Source of the DNA: an uncultured bacterium
GTDB lineage: Bacteria > Babelota > Babeliae > Babelales > Babelaceae
Assembly: GCA_963819815.1 (NCBI GenBank)
Contig: CAWFXL010000001.1
Span: 480,001-544,000, forward strand
Length of the DNA stretch: 64,000 bases
Direction: 5' to 3'
The notes below the pieces were generated by a model. It was not told the origin of the DNA. It made no database searches and was given only the letters and a program-made list of their open reading frames with translations. Positions 1-10,603 of the stretch are shown here, piece by piece. The first letter of the stretch is position 1. Every line of letters begins with the position of its first letter. The position numbers and the translations under genes are program-made.

Positions 1-209
1 GAAAGAGGCATGCTTGCATCAAGCAAACTAACAGCTTTATCCCGCTCTGCACGAGATATGCTTTGCCTTTTTAAGAGGGACTCAGCATAGTCAATTGGAT
101 TAGGTTGCTTAACTGGTGTTGTACGAATAACCGAAGAAACCATACTGTGACTACTTGCCCGTAAAGAACAAACCGTAAGAAGTAGGATTAAAGTGCTACA
201 AATCTTCAC
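1..209 (-). CDS. Secreted hypothetical protein, partial (runs off the window start)
   Basis: Manual translation from GTG at 209: MKICSTLILLLTVCSLRASSHSMVSS..., open to base 1; AAGGAG RBS upstream; signal-peptide-like N-terminus. Confidence 0.7.
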   Translation of the reverse strand, partial: MKICSTLILLLTVCSLRASSHSMVSSVIRTTPVKQPNPIDYAESLLKRQSISRAERDKAVSLLDASMPL

Positions 210-227
210 GTGAGCTCCTTAAGATAT

Positions 228-602
228 TTAAGAAAGGTTAGTCATACTTGTAAGTACCACAAACCCGAAAACACCGACTGTGAGTGGGCTTACTATGAGT
301 ACTATATGATTACATATCGGTTGAAAAATCTCCATAGGATGTACCTCGAACTGCGGTATACCTAAACTCACCAAACTTTTTAACTCGCGAAAGCAAACCA
401 GGCTGCAGCTTAGATTCTTCAGTTTTTCTTCTGATGAATGGTGCGCCTTATAGGCTTTTTCTAACTTCGTTTTTTCATCTGACATCATGTATTTGCTGTA
501 GCGCACATCATGCTCTCTATACAAACGCTTCAATTGAGTCAAAATCCCACCCTGAAACAAAAAATGGGTACGACGTGTAAAAACGAACACTACGGATTTC
601 AT
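228..602 (-). CDS. Hypothetical protein or degraded gene
   Basis: GGAG RBS before ATG at 602 (MKSVVFVF...); no recognisable domain. Confidence 0.3.
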   Translation of the reverse strand: MKSVVFVFTRRTHFLFQGGILTQLKRLYREHDVRYSKYMMSDEKTKLEKAYKAHHSSEEKLKNLSCSLVCFRELKSLVSLGIPQFEVHPMEIFQPICNHIVLIVSPLTVGVFGFVVLTSMTNLS

Positions 603-895
603 GACAACTCCAAGATACCTACTTCTAACATAATCATTACTTACTGTACCGGAGTATACCCTTCTTTTATAAAGAGGCAATACCGAAATTTGCATTTGAG
701 AATTCTGCACCTCAGATACCGAGATACTAGTCTGCAGACTGAGTTAATCACCCTCTTCGATATATATCCCTGTGCGTGGTAAACCACTCTTGGGAAGATC
801 GCCCTCCAGCAAGATTCTAGAGAAAAAATTATGCTTGATTCTAACCTCAGTGAGCTATGAATCAATCCAAATAGCAGTGTCATAATGCTACAGTA

Positions 896-3800
896 TCACA
901 ACTCAGATTCCGAATCGTCCTCTTGATCATGCTCATAGAAGAGATTGAGTTTCTCCAAGACATCTGCGGCCAAAACTTCCTGAGCCTTGCGGACGTAGTT
1001 CTCATTCTTACCTACTTTGAAGAGCCTTTCATATAAATTGAGAGCATCTTCAGGGCTGCAGCGAACACCCGGTCCCCCATTTACATATATGTCTGCGAGT
1101 CGGAAACAAGCCTCTTCAAGAAGGAGAGGATCATTTGCTTCTTCTGCAACGGTCTTAAAATATTCATGAGCACGCTCGCAGTTAACACTCACAGCTTTGG
1201 TTCCACGGTAAAACTGTTGACCAAGCGCTAAATGGGCTTTCAGCTGCTTATCAATGGTTTTCTTTGCTAATGAAACTGCGTTAGTGTCGTTCTCAAAAAC
1301 AAGAGCCGCATTTTTTGCTGGATCTCCTTCTATCTTCTCATACAGACGAGCTGTCCAGTAGCATGCTTCTGCTTGTGCATAATAATTATATGACTGGTTT
1401 TTAGCATGAGCATAATGCTCTAAAGCTTTTCTTAGTGAGGATTCTTCATTGCTCCCGGCACTCTCGAAACAGAGACGACCTAGGTATACCTCTGCCAACG
1501 CCCTCACCCAATTGTTGCATTCTTGCCCTACGGCCTTAGAAAAATATTTCTGCGCGAGAGAACTATTCCGATCATTAAAATAGATTTTCCCTAGTCGATA
1601 CCAAGCTTCTGCACGTAGATACTTATCTTTTGAATCAGCTACTTTGAGAAAGCATTCAACCGCCTCTTCTTCCTGACCCTCGTGAAGGTGCACTCTACCG
1701 AGAAATAACAGAGTAAGAAGGTCTTGGCTTTCGCATTCTACACCAAGAGTTAGCGCAGCATCGAGATGAAACATATCATCCTTTTGTAACTCTCTAAGAC
1801 CAATGCGTAGCAGATAGAAATGTGCAGCAACTTTGCACCCAACTGCCGGTTTAGTAATAAGTAAGATCCGATTGAAATAATCCAATGCTTTCGCCTGAGA
1901 TCTAACTATAGGACCTAAACCATAGTAATGGATCTCGCCAAGACGCAGGAGTGCTAAAGCTTTAAGTTCATCATTGGCATTTTTTTCGACTTTCTCGTAA
2001 TAGGAGACGGCTTCTCTAGGATCATAAGGTACACCATTTCCGCGTAGGAGCATTTCTCCAAGTAGGTACATTGATGGTAAGGTATGCGGATTTTCTTTTT
2101 GAGCAGCCCCCTCTACAAAACAGTCATACGCCTCTTTATAATTACCCTTTCTATAATGTATAAGTCCCCTTTTAAAAGCACCAACCTCTAAGTCCTTTGC
2201 GGTATCTTCTTTTGAGTTACTTAAAAAGCCCTGTGCAAGAAGCAGTTCGCCATCCGTCCCGCCTGTATCATTGTCAGATTGTGCTCGTAAAAATACTTCT
2301 ACAGGACGTTGTTCCCTTGTGGAAGATGATTGTGCGGAGACACGTAATGGCCTTGACGGTGTGCTTGAAGAGCGCACGAGAGATTCCTTGTTCTGTTTTA
2401 AAACTTTATAGATTCTAAAGAAAGCTTTGCTGGTGCTTGATGAAGAAGGGGAATATGAATCATCGAACTCTGGTAAGGTCGGTATTTCCATACCAATATC
2501 TTCAGTAGCCCTACGAATTGATGAAAATGAGCGGTTTAAGTACGTAGACAATTCTCCTGGCAAGCTCTCAAAAAGTTCTCGCATATGAGGTTTTCTTAAG
2601 AATGTTTGCACGGGTTCACCAGAGCGAATGTTCTTAAGAATGTGGAACAGGCAGATGCCTTGTGTAAGAGTAAGGTTATCCAGGAGAGCTTCAGTAATAG
2701 TTTTGTCATAATAATGCCACATCGTTATATTTCCTTCTGCATCAGCACCAATACACACAGATCCATTGGGACTTATATAGAAAGCACTTGGCTTATTTCG
2801 TGGTTCAGCGCACACATAATTTCCTTCAGTAGGAACAAATCGCGGAATTCTATCGGGTCCAATTTCTACGGTGTCACCCATCACCCTTCCTTGTACAAAT
2901 TTTTCTATAAAATCGCTTAGTTTGGTGTCACAAAAAACAGATGTTTCGTCCTTCACCACTTCTTGGAACCTACCATACGAAACAAACGTTCGACTAGTAT
3001 TCTGCATGGTTCCTTTTTGCTCTGTTTGCCCCGTCTGACAATTCCAGATGCGTGCTTCACGACGAGATGAAATGGTGATGAGTTTTGATCCATTGGGGTA
3101 ATAATGTGCAATGTCGGTAAGCTCCGTATTCTGTCCAATACGTACCCCATTTTCACATCGATAAAAATAGAGTTCACCATCTTTGTACAGCTCCACAAGA
3201 ACTTTTCCTTCATCGGCAAAAACTAATGCCGTACGACCCCCTTTGGAGCGAGCTTTTTCCTTCTTAGAAACTACCTCAGCTAGTGTGCGCAGCGCCATGT
3301 CAGGCATAGTAGCTAAAAGAATTTTCTCATCAACACCTAGGGCGAAAGTTCCTTGGTCAGAGACCGCAACCGCCCAAATTCTTGTACTTTCTTGTACTGT
3401 TTTCTCCCATTCACTAGGGGTAATCTTCGTCATAGCAGTGGTGTCCCAAAGATCAATTGATTGATCGCCCCAAACGATGATTTTTCGTCCCTGGTAGAAC
3501 TTTAAACCACGTACTGAATAGTCAAGTGATATACGGCTTATGCGTCGGACCTTTCGCAGATCCCATACCTCTAAAAGGCTTCTGGATTTTTTTTGCATGC
3601 CACACACGACAGCGTACTCACCAGAAGCATCGATATCCAGGTGAAGAGGCGTATAGTCAAGCTTAAACTCAGTACAGAGACAAGCGCGTAGGAAATGAAG
3701 ATCCTTGTGTGGAATGAACTGAACTGGCTCCCCCTCCATATCTTTACCAATACCTGTGGCGTAGATAAACTCAGGATCTTCTAGGTAGTTGCTCATGAGG

Positions 3801-4258
3801 ATGTCGCGTCGTAGTAAGGTGCATAAGGCCTCTTTCAAAAAAGGCACCAAGCAATAGAGTTCCATTTTCAGGATACTTTGGTACAGTTCATCAAGTGTCT
3901 GTAGCATACCTCGTAAGGTTTCAGCAGTAGGCTGCGTATCAGAATCTAAACCCATAAACTCCATGAGCTTATTTCTCATATTCTCATGATCTTGAGTTGC
4001 ATATGTCCTTAATAGGGAATCGATTCTCACTAATGGCTGTAAGAGTAGGGGAAGTTGAATTAGGGGTGGAAACTGCGTCTGATTAAGGATAATCCCTAAG
4101 AGCCAGCGGGACTCCTGCACCCACGACTTGCCAAGGCTGAACGGCTTATTGTCAAGACTTGATGCTTCAAATCCCTGGATGCGCGGTTTTACGATCTGTG
4201 CAGCAAATACGTGGCTCGTTATGAAAAGACAGAAGAAAATTTTACAAGATACATTCAT
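896..4258 (-). CDS. Secreted multidomain protein: divergent SKP1/BTB-like N-terminus, WD40-like propeller, Ser-rich linker, Sel1/TPR repeats
   Basis: Signal peptide MNVSCKIFFCLFITSHVFA; WD ends LEVWDL, IDLWDT, ARIWNC, ITMWHY; Sel1 motifs LGEMLLRGNGVPYDPREAVSYY and LGEIHYYGLG. Confidence 0.85.
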   Translation of the reverse strand: MNVSCKIFFCLFITSHVFAAQIVKPRIQGFEASSLDNKPFSLGKSWVQESRWLLGIILNQTQFPPLIQLPLLLQPLVRIDSLLRTYATQDHENMRNKLMEFMGLDSDTQPTAETLRGMLQTLDELYQSILKMELYCLVPFLKEALCTLLRRDILMSNYLEDPEFIYATGIGKDMEGEPVQFIPHKDLHFLRACLCTEFKLDYTPLHLDIDASGEYAVVCGMQKKSRSLLEVWDLRKVRRISRISLDYSVRGLKFYQGRKIIVWGDQSIDLWDTTAMTKITPSEWEKTVQESTRIWAVAVSDQGTFALGVDEKILLATMPDMALRTLAEVVSKKEKARSKGGRTALVFADEGKVLVELYKDGELYFYRCENGVRIGQNTELTDIAHYYPNGSKLITISSRREARIWNCQTGQTEQKGTMQNTSRTFVSYGRFQEVVKDETSVFCDTKLSDFIEKFVQGRVMGDTVEIGPDRIPRFVPTEGNYVCAEPRNKPSAFYISPNGSVCIGADAEGNITMWHYYDKTITEALLDNLTLTQGICLFHILKNIRSGEPVQTFLRKPHMRELFESLPGELSTYLNRSFSSIRRATEDIGMEIPTLPEFDDSYSPSSSSTSKAFFRIYKVLKQNKESLVRSSSTPSRPLRVSAQSSSTREQRPVEVFLRAQSDNDTGGTDGELLLAQGFLSNSKEDTAKDLEVGAFKRGLIHYRKGNYKEAYDCFVEGAAQKENPHTLPSMYLLGEMLLRGNGVPYDPREAVSYYEKVEKNANDELKALALLRLGEIHYYGLGPIVRSQAKALDYFNRILLITKPAVGCKVAAHFYLLRIGLRELQKDDMFHLDAALTLGVECESQDLLTLLFLGRVHLHEGQEEEAVECFLKVADSKDKYLRAEAWYRLGKIYFNDRNSSLAQKYFSKAVGQECNNWVRALAEVYLGRLCFESAGSNEESSLRKALEHYAHAKNQSYNYYAQAEACYWTARLYEKIEGDPAKNAALVFENDTNAVSLAKKTIDKQLKAHLALGQQFYRGTKAVSVNCERAHEYFKTVAEEANDPLLLEEACFRLADIYVNGGPGVRCSPEDALNLYERLFKVGKNENYVRKAQEVLAADVLEKLNLFYEHDQEDDSESEL

Positions 4259-4650
4259 GGGCATCCTTCTTTTTTCTGAGATCGTTGAAAGAACGAATGA
4301 CACCATATCAAGAAAATATAAAGTTAGCAAATCATGCACTAGCTGAAGTGCACAAAGGATCAGTTTTCATCTTTTTATAAAAACTCCCCAATACATGGCA
4401 TGAACCTAACTGATAAGGGTTAAAAGGCGTGACGTCGATGTAATATCGCTCTCTAACTCATAGTAAGTAACTTTTTGAAACAGTCCATCTAAGTCTCAAT
4501 CTAAGCGTAGATAACCCTAGAAAGAAATTCATTGAGCCATTGACGCACTCCCCATACATGAATTTATTTTATTCGTGGGATTAGCCAGTTCAAAAAAAAT
4601 TGTACAATAGCTTAATTTACCCAGCACAAAGCTCTTTTGGATGTTCGATG

Positions 4651-5613
4651 TCAAAAAACTTCTGGTGAATGCTGTTCAGAATTCTCGGGATTGTGCACGA
4701 GATATTCAGCTTCAAGGTAAGCTATCAGATCGAATATGCTTGGAGCGCTACTTCGCAAATAGAGATTTGAGGCGATCTGTAAGGTAATTTCCTCAAAAAA
4801 TAGTTGCCTAAAAGTTTGAGGAGCTAACTCAGGATTAAGAAGTATTTTTATTTTCGGGGTTAAAAGCTGAGGCCTTTCTGCTAATAAAAGATCGCAAAGC
4901 TCATGAAGAAGCTTTGACATCGTATTTTCTAATGCTTGAACTGCATAAAATTGTGCCCTGAGAACTTGAGGTGTTGGGCTTAGAATAGCACTTTTGAGTT
5001 CCCCAAAAAAAATCTGCATTAAGGCATCATGCCATGGCTCAATAGCACACAATCTATCTACGTAGCTATATTCAGTAAAATCAGGAACTGTTTCTTTAAA
5101 CCTTCCGTTCAAATCTGTCAGCAGTCGATGTATAGTCTTATACGCCTCTTCAAAGTTTTCAGGCTGTGAATAGCGATTTATAACCATAATAAAGAGCAAC
5201 TCTTTTGCCAATGACATATTTTGTTCTTGAAACGCCGTGTAAAGATCCATCCGGCTCTTTGGGTTGGTCAATAAGAAATTTTGGTCAACGAGTGGTAGAT
5301 CTTCATTCGTTGGAGAATTTTCTTTGTCACAGTAGATAGCTGACGAATCGGACGTACTGCTTGAAAGAATTTTTCGGTATTTGCTATGCGCACCCTCTGG
5401 CGACCTGTTTTCTTGATGCAGCTCACTAGGTTTTAGGGCTTCTTTTTTTTGTGGCGAGTGAATCCGTTCTCGACTCACACAATCCTGTAAAACCCTGCCC
5501 AAAGCACGTGGTTCGGAGGTTGAGCTCGTTGCGCGAGAAGAACTCATACAAGAGCTAGAAATCGTTTGGCCCATGAGGCAAAGGAGCGATGCCACGTAAA
5601 TGATAGTGTTCAT
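4651..5613 (-). CDS. Secreted hypothetical protein
   Basis: 320-aa ORF with signal peptide, Ser-rich disordered N-part and helical C-part. Confidence 0.8.
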   Translation of the reverse strand: MNTIIYVASLLCLMGQTISSSCMSSSRATSSTSEPRALGRVLQDCVSRERIHSPQKKEALKPSELHQENRSPEGAHSKYRKILSSSTSDSSAIYCDKENSPTNEDLPLVDQNFLLTNPKSRMDLYTAFQEQNMSLAKELLFIMVINRYSQPENFEEAYKTIHRLLTDLNGRFKETVPDFTEYSYVDRLCAIEPWHDALMQIFFGELKSAILSPTPQVLRAQFYAVQALENTMSKLLHELCDLLLAERPQLLTPKIKILLNPELAPQTFRQLFFEEITLQIASNLYLRSSAPSIFDLIAYLEAEYLVHNPENSEQHSPEVF

Positions 5614-5688
5614 GGATTCTTGCTTTCTGAAAATAGAGTATACTGAATTACATGATCTAAATACTTGTATCTAGTGCATACATTTTCA

Positions 5689-5716
5689 ATTCTATCAACC
5701 CAGCCCTAATCGTCAA
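5689..5716 (-). promoter_or_regulatory. Sigma70-like promoter
   Basis: TTGACG-N16-TAGAAT upstream of the CDS starting at 5613. Confidence 0.5.
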
Positions 5717-5965
5717 ACTTTATAGGAATCTGTTTAGCCAATTTTTGTCCTAGTTTAATAAAGCTTCAAAACAGTGAGCGGGCTTTCTCAAGAATTCTAT
5801 GAGTGAAAAAAGCATGCCGGCTTAATAACAGAAAACCGTGAGCCGATTAGACTCCCTCAACAACTCATCGTAGAAATTTCATCATTACCTGTAAAAGTCA
5901 TGACCGTATACTGCCATTTTTGTTCCACACGATAAGAAATTCTTGCGCTACACTTGAAGGCAAAC

Positions 5966-5993
5966 TTGACAATTTGGCAAAAAATGCTATTCT
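5966..5993 (+). promoter_or_regulatory. Sigma70-like promoter
   Basis: TTGACA-N16-TATTCT with extended TG. Confidence 0.5.
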
Positions 5994-6355
5994 GATCTCT
6001 ATATATGTATATGCACCTATTCGAAGATACCTAGTATGAAGTAATCCCTGAAATACGTCTGATATAAAGAAACTTTGTATATACCAAATAAGACCAAAAG
6101 ATAGCCATCTCTATGAAATTCAGTCATAAAGTTATCATAAGCTGAAATAAGACGTTTAACACCATTGGGTGTAAAAGAAGCTCCAGAGCATTGTATGGAA
6201 GAATATATACAGCATGCATCGCAGATAACGGCAGTCTCTGAGTCACTATTTCATAAAGAGAGACTGAAGACACAGATGATATCCAAGAACATCGTGATAC
6301 ATGGTAGAAAATAAAGTAATAACTCATACATAATTTTACACTGAAGGAACGTCAC

Positions 6356-8548
6356 ATGAAACAACTATTTCTCCTCGGACTGCTTGCTTTAGGGAGCTAC
6401 GGATATACGTGTGGATCGGCGGTCACAACTAGATCTCACGAGACAATAACAGCCTTATGTGAGGCCGTCAGAGCAAATGATGTAGCAGTCGTCAGAAGCC
6501 TTTTAGAGGCTGGAGCTGCTCTCGACACGCAAGGACCTGATGGGTTAGCGCCCTTGCATATTGCAGCTCGAAAAAGCTCTATTGAATGTGCCAACCTTCT
6601 GTTTGAACACAGAGCAAGCGCCGATCTTATTTCAGCAACCGGTAAAAACGCCTTAGCCTATGCCATCGAAGAAGGTACTCCTGAATGTGTTTCACTATTT
6701 ATAAAAGGAGGAGACCCGGCTCCGGATATAAATTTTGGTATGGCTCAAATACTTTTTAGGCGACTATACCAGTATGTAAAAGCAGAAAATTTTGAGCTTG
6801 CAGCGAAATGGTCGCATTCTCATCCAGATATTCTTTTACTTGGAGCCATTCTAAGCGACGCTTCTTACTCTGTTAGAACGTTAATTACCCATTTTGGCGC
6901 AAAGCCTAATGCATGCTTACAGGGAGTTACCGCACTTATATTAGCTTTATCTCGAAATGATACTAAGATTCTGAAGGCTCTTATTAGTTCGGGCGCAAAT
7001 GTGCATGAAAAATCCAATGGTTATGCGTTTGGCTATGATGACATTCAGAATAGTATGATCCCTTTTTCATCTTCATTGGGCCATGGTACTCAAGAAATTC
7101 AGTACCCTTTCAGAAAACATTCTCCTCTATTTTTTGCTTGCATGAATGGTCAGCTGCAAGCTGTTGAGCTCTTTCTTAAAGCCGGTGCTGATGTTAATCA
7201 GCATAGCACGAGAAGCCCCCTTTGGGCCGCCTGTTTACAAGGAAATCCAGCACTCGTATCTCTTCTTATTGAAGCTGGAGCAGATCTTGATGAAGGCGCT
7301 CTTCTGGTTGCCTGTGAAAGATATATAACGAGCGATAAACCATCCGCAGAATCCGGGCATTTTGCGTGTGTTACTCAACTCCTTGATGCTGGCTCCAATC
7401 CACAAGTGCTTCTTAGAATAACCTTATGTAATAGGCATCATAGTTTACTTGAATATCTCTTAGCAAGGGGCGCTAACGCTAATAGTTCAATCATGTGTCC
7501 TACCGAACTTATGAGCCTCATCAACTTTGCACTTTTTAAGCGAGATGCTCTATCTTATGCGATATTGCGAAGAAATGGTGCACGTATAGATGAACGATCT
7601 TTAACCTACGCCATTGATGCCCAGCTCGATGCGATTGCTCAAGAACTTCTAGAGGAGGGTATGCCCCTACAAAAAAAAGATCATGCTTTGCATAAAGTAG
7701 CCCAACGGGGCTCTGCACATTTAGTAGCAAAGCTTCTGAAACGTGGAGTTCCTGTAAATCAGCTCTACAAAGACTCAAGACTCCAGACAAATTTGCCGAC
7801 AGCTAATGAATTAGGTTTCGCACTGCAATCTCACTCTTCAGAATCTGTACGACTCCTTCTTGAAGCTGGTTCTGATCCACGATCAGTCATGGACCCTGGT
7901 GAAGCTCCCTACGTAAAGAAGCCTGTTAATGCGTTAGAATTTGCGCTTAAAAGAAATCCACTTGCTTTGATAATGCCGCAACCAATACCGCTCCCAAATA
8001 TTAAAGAGTTGATTAAACAAAGCTTTCGAATATTTAGGCCGACGCTTGAAGACTCTGTGGTGGCACGTAAAGTACTCTGGTCAACGCTTCGATTGTTGAG
8101 AAAAAATGATATACCCCTCTTTTGCGTGATAGCAATATGTAGGGAAAACGACGCCATGCAAAGACGACTCATCGATGTATGCCTGAGCGATTTAAATGAT
8201 GATCAACGGTTTGCGCCTCATCGATTACGTATGTCTTTAGATATTTGCGATACCAAAAAAGCACCGATTAGATATCTCGAAGGACTTATCGCTTCAACAC
8301 AACATTTTAAAGACTATGATCATGAGCAGTTCACCCTACAAACTCGAGCTAAACCATTTGTTATTGAATATCTCTTTGAAAAAGTCATGGCCTGCGCGGC
8401 AAAACTTTTGCCTGATGCCTACGATGTAGTAAAACCACTCTTTACGACAGAAGAAGGACAGCAAGAGATTAGAGCTCTTATAGAACAAGGTGTTAATGAG
8501 GCCTTTGAAAAAATGCTTATCACAAATCGTAACCACTGCACGTTATAA
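6356..8548 (+). CDS. Secreted ankyrin-repeat protein with unknown helical C-terminal domain
   Basis: Signal peptide; ANK motifs GLAPLHIAA, SPLFFAC..GQ...VELFLKAGADVN, SPLWAAC; AAGGA RBS. Confidence 0.92.
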   Translation: MKQLFLLGLLALGSYGYTCGSAVTTRSHETITALCEAVRANDVAVVRSLLEAGAALDTQGPDGLAPLHIAARKSSIECANLLFEHRASADLISATGKNALAYAIEEGTPECVSLFIKGGDPAPDINFGMAQILFRRLYQYVKAENFELAAKWSHSHPDILLLGAILSDASYSVRTLITHFGAKPNACLQGVTALILALSRNDTKILKALISSGANVHEKSNGYAFGYDDIQNSMIPFSSSLGHGTQEIQYPFRKHSPLFFACMNGQLQAVELFLKAGADVNQHSTRSPLWAACLQGNPALVSLLIEAGADLDEGALLVACERYITSDKPSAESGHFACVTQLLDAGSNPQVLLRITLCNRHHSLLEYLLARGANANSSIMCPTELMSLINFALFKRDALSYAILRRNGARIDERSLTYAIDAQLDAIAQELLEEGMPLQKKDHALHKVAQRGSAHLVAKLLKRGVPVNQLYKDSRLQTNLPTANELGFALQSHSSESVRLLLEAGSDPRSVMDPGEAPYVKKPVNALEFALKRNPLALIMPQPIPLPNIKELIKQSFRIFRPTLEDSVVARKVLWSTLRLLRKNDIPLFCVIAICRENDAMQRRLIDVCLSDLNDDQRFAPHRLRMSLDICDTKKAPIRYLEGLIASTQHFKDYDHEQFTLQTRAKPFVIEYLFEKVMACAAKLLPDAYDVVKPLFTTEEGQQEIRALIEQGVNEAFEKMLITNRNHCTL

Positions 8549-8676
8549 AAGGTCGAGGGAGATCGCCAGCTCTAGTAGGGGCTCTTACAAAGAAAATTTT
8601 TCAGAAAAATGTTGGCACTTTATTTTATTTAGTCGTATAATAAAAAGCAATAAGTCAAGTCTTGAAAGGACAATTC

Positions 8677-9063
8677 ATGATAAAGATCATAAAAAATGTA
8701 TTATTTGCAGCGTTAATGTGTTTGAGTGCACATGCAAGTCTCAATGCAATGACTGTGGATTCACATAAAGCTGCAGAAAGGTATTTCAGAAATGAAATGA
8801 GGCACGAAGAGCTCATGCATCAGATCGAAGAAGCAAAGGAATATCTTATGCTCTTAGAAGACGAAATAAAAAGTGCTCCGAGTATTACCGCTGCACCGGG
8901 AAATGAGTTCATTCGCGAAGCTTATTATAAGGACCTTTTAAAAAGCAAAGAAAGCCAACTAAGTCACCTAGTGGTATTGCAAAAGGAGCTTGCGGATGTT
9001 GAACTTCAACTTAATGAAGATAGGCCTTATGCACGACCAAAATGGGATGCGGAGCTATTTTAA
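8677..9063 (+). CDS. Small secreted coiled-coil protein
   Basis: AAAGGA RBS; signal peptide ending SLNA|M; E/K/L-rich heptads. Confidence 0.8.
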   Translation: MIKIIKNVLFAALMCLSAHASLNAMTVDSHKAAERYFRNEMRHEELMHQIEEAKEYLMLLEDEIKSAPSITAAPGNEFIREAYYKDLLKSKESQLSHLVVLQKELADVELQLNEDRPYARPKWDAELF

Positions 9064-9327
9064 GAAGTAATTGCATGTCACCGCCCACTGCTTCGACCAC
9101 CAGCAGATACTCGAGCCTATTTGGAAGCATTTGAATAGGTTGCGTCAATTTTCATTTCGATGAAGTCTTTTTGTATTTGATGGTTCATTGATTATCTTAA
9201 TTTTTTTAGTTCTCATTCGTGCACAAATACATCTTGAAGAGGGTAATTCTAGCACTTGCGTTATAACCTGAAAAAAGTATTGTCTGAAAGGTAAGAGATT
9301 GACGCACTATGGTTTGATAGGTTTAGT

Positions 9328-10527
9328 ATGAGTCTCTGTTATTCGTCCGTCTTTTCATCATTACTGATAATATGGTGCAACCTGAATGGTACGCCTTACA
9401 AAATTGATACTGCAGTAACACCACAGGGCACCATCATCCATTTCATAAGCGAACACCATGAGCTGAATGATAACAGTACCATTATTGATGCGTTTTTTTC
9501 ACTCGTTAGCAAGGGTAATGGTTATCGCCTCTTTGTTGAACGAGGAGATTTTGCCCTCTCAAAAAATGATCATCCGCTCTCTAGAGATCTCCTTGGAGCT
9601 GTTTTTCTTCGATCAAATGAACTTAACAGATCAACGTTGTATGATATAGAAACACGAAAAACAACACGAACCGCGCGCTATCTATTAACAAGAGAATTAA
9701 AAGAGCTCGAAGAAATTGCCGCTCTTTTTCAAAGCACTACTGAATCATCGCTTACCGCAGAATCATTACAGTTTAAAAAACATTTAGAGAAGACTTTCGG
9801 GAATGACTTGGCCTTTATTACCTTTCAGGATGTTATTGATGAACTTACTAATCTGCTTGAGTGGCAAAAAGAAATACATGGTAAGCGGTCATGGAAGGAT
9901 TATTTCCATCTACAGACCATCTCCAAGTCCCTAGTAGGACTTCGCATGCTCCTTGATGAACATAACATCATACCATCTGAAGGAATTTTGACCTTTGCTC
10001 TAATTACTCGTAGGAATTTTGAATGTTTTCAGGAAGCACTCTCTATCTCTGGACGGTTTGTTTCAATAGAGGTCCTCACAAAACAACGCAAGGGGTATTC
10101 TTTTTTAAGGGAGCACCTTCCTTGGCTGATATGGAAACTAAGTTGGGATGTTTTTGATCTAATACTTAATGACAAAATTATGGAAATATGGGCAAGCCCG
10201 CTTGATACACCAGTTATTGTCATAGCTGGGGGAGAGCATATTAATGTCATTGTAGAGAATCTAAAAAAATATTGCGGCGCCGTTGTTTGCACCACCGTAG
10301 CAGAAACCATTTCTACAGCGGAAAGTAAACCAAAGCATTCCGTTACCAAAAAACAACTCTCTGCCTTACCGCATGAGCGGTTCGAGCTCAAATATTTTGA
10401 TGAGTTACCCTTAGAGCCCCAGCACCTTGCCCTTCTTGAACAGCCTGCATCATACTTTCAATTCTTTCCTCGAGGAGATAATTCATTTTCGCTTAAAAAA
10501 GCTCTCTCGCCCATCCTCAGCTTTTAA
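9328..10527 (+). CDS. Hypothetical protein, possible TIKI/TraB/ChaN-EreA superfamily
   Basis: Motifs FISEHH, LFVERG and VIVIAGGEHI in the order seen in that fold. Confidence 0.7.
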   Translation: MSLCYSSVFSSLLIIWCNLNGTPYKIDTAVTPQGTIIHFISEHHELNDNSTIIDAFFSLVSKGNGYRLFVERGDFALSKNDHPLSRDLLGAVFLRSNELNRSTLYDIETRKTTRTARYLLTRELKELEEIAALFQSTTESSLTAESLQFKKHLEKTFGNDLAFITFQDVIDELTNLLEWQKEIHGKRSWKDYFHLQTISKSLVGLRMLLDEHNIIPSEGILTFALITRRNFECFQEALSISGRFVSIEVLTKQRKGYSFLREHLPWLIWKLSWDVFDLILNDKIMEIWASPLDTPVIVIAGGEHINVIVENLKKYCGAVVCTTVAETISTAESKPKHSVTKKQLSALPHERFELKYFDELPLEPQHLALLEQPASYFQFFPRGDNSFSLKKALSPILSF

Positions 10528-10603
10528 TATTCGCATCAGAAGCTTTTTCCTGCTCTAGGATTGTATTTTATAATAGAAGGCTTTTCGTAAAGTCTTCCTT
10601 ATC

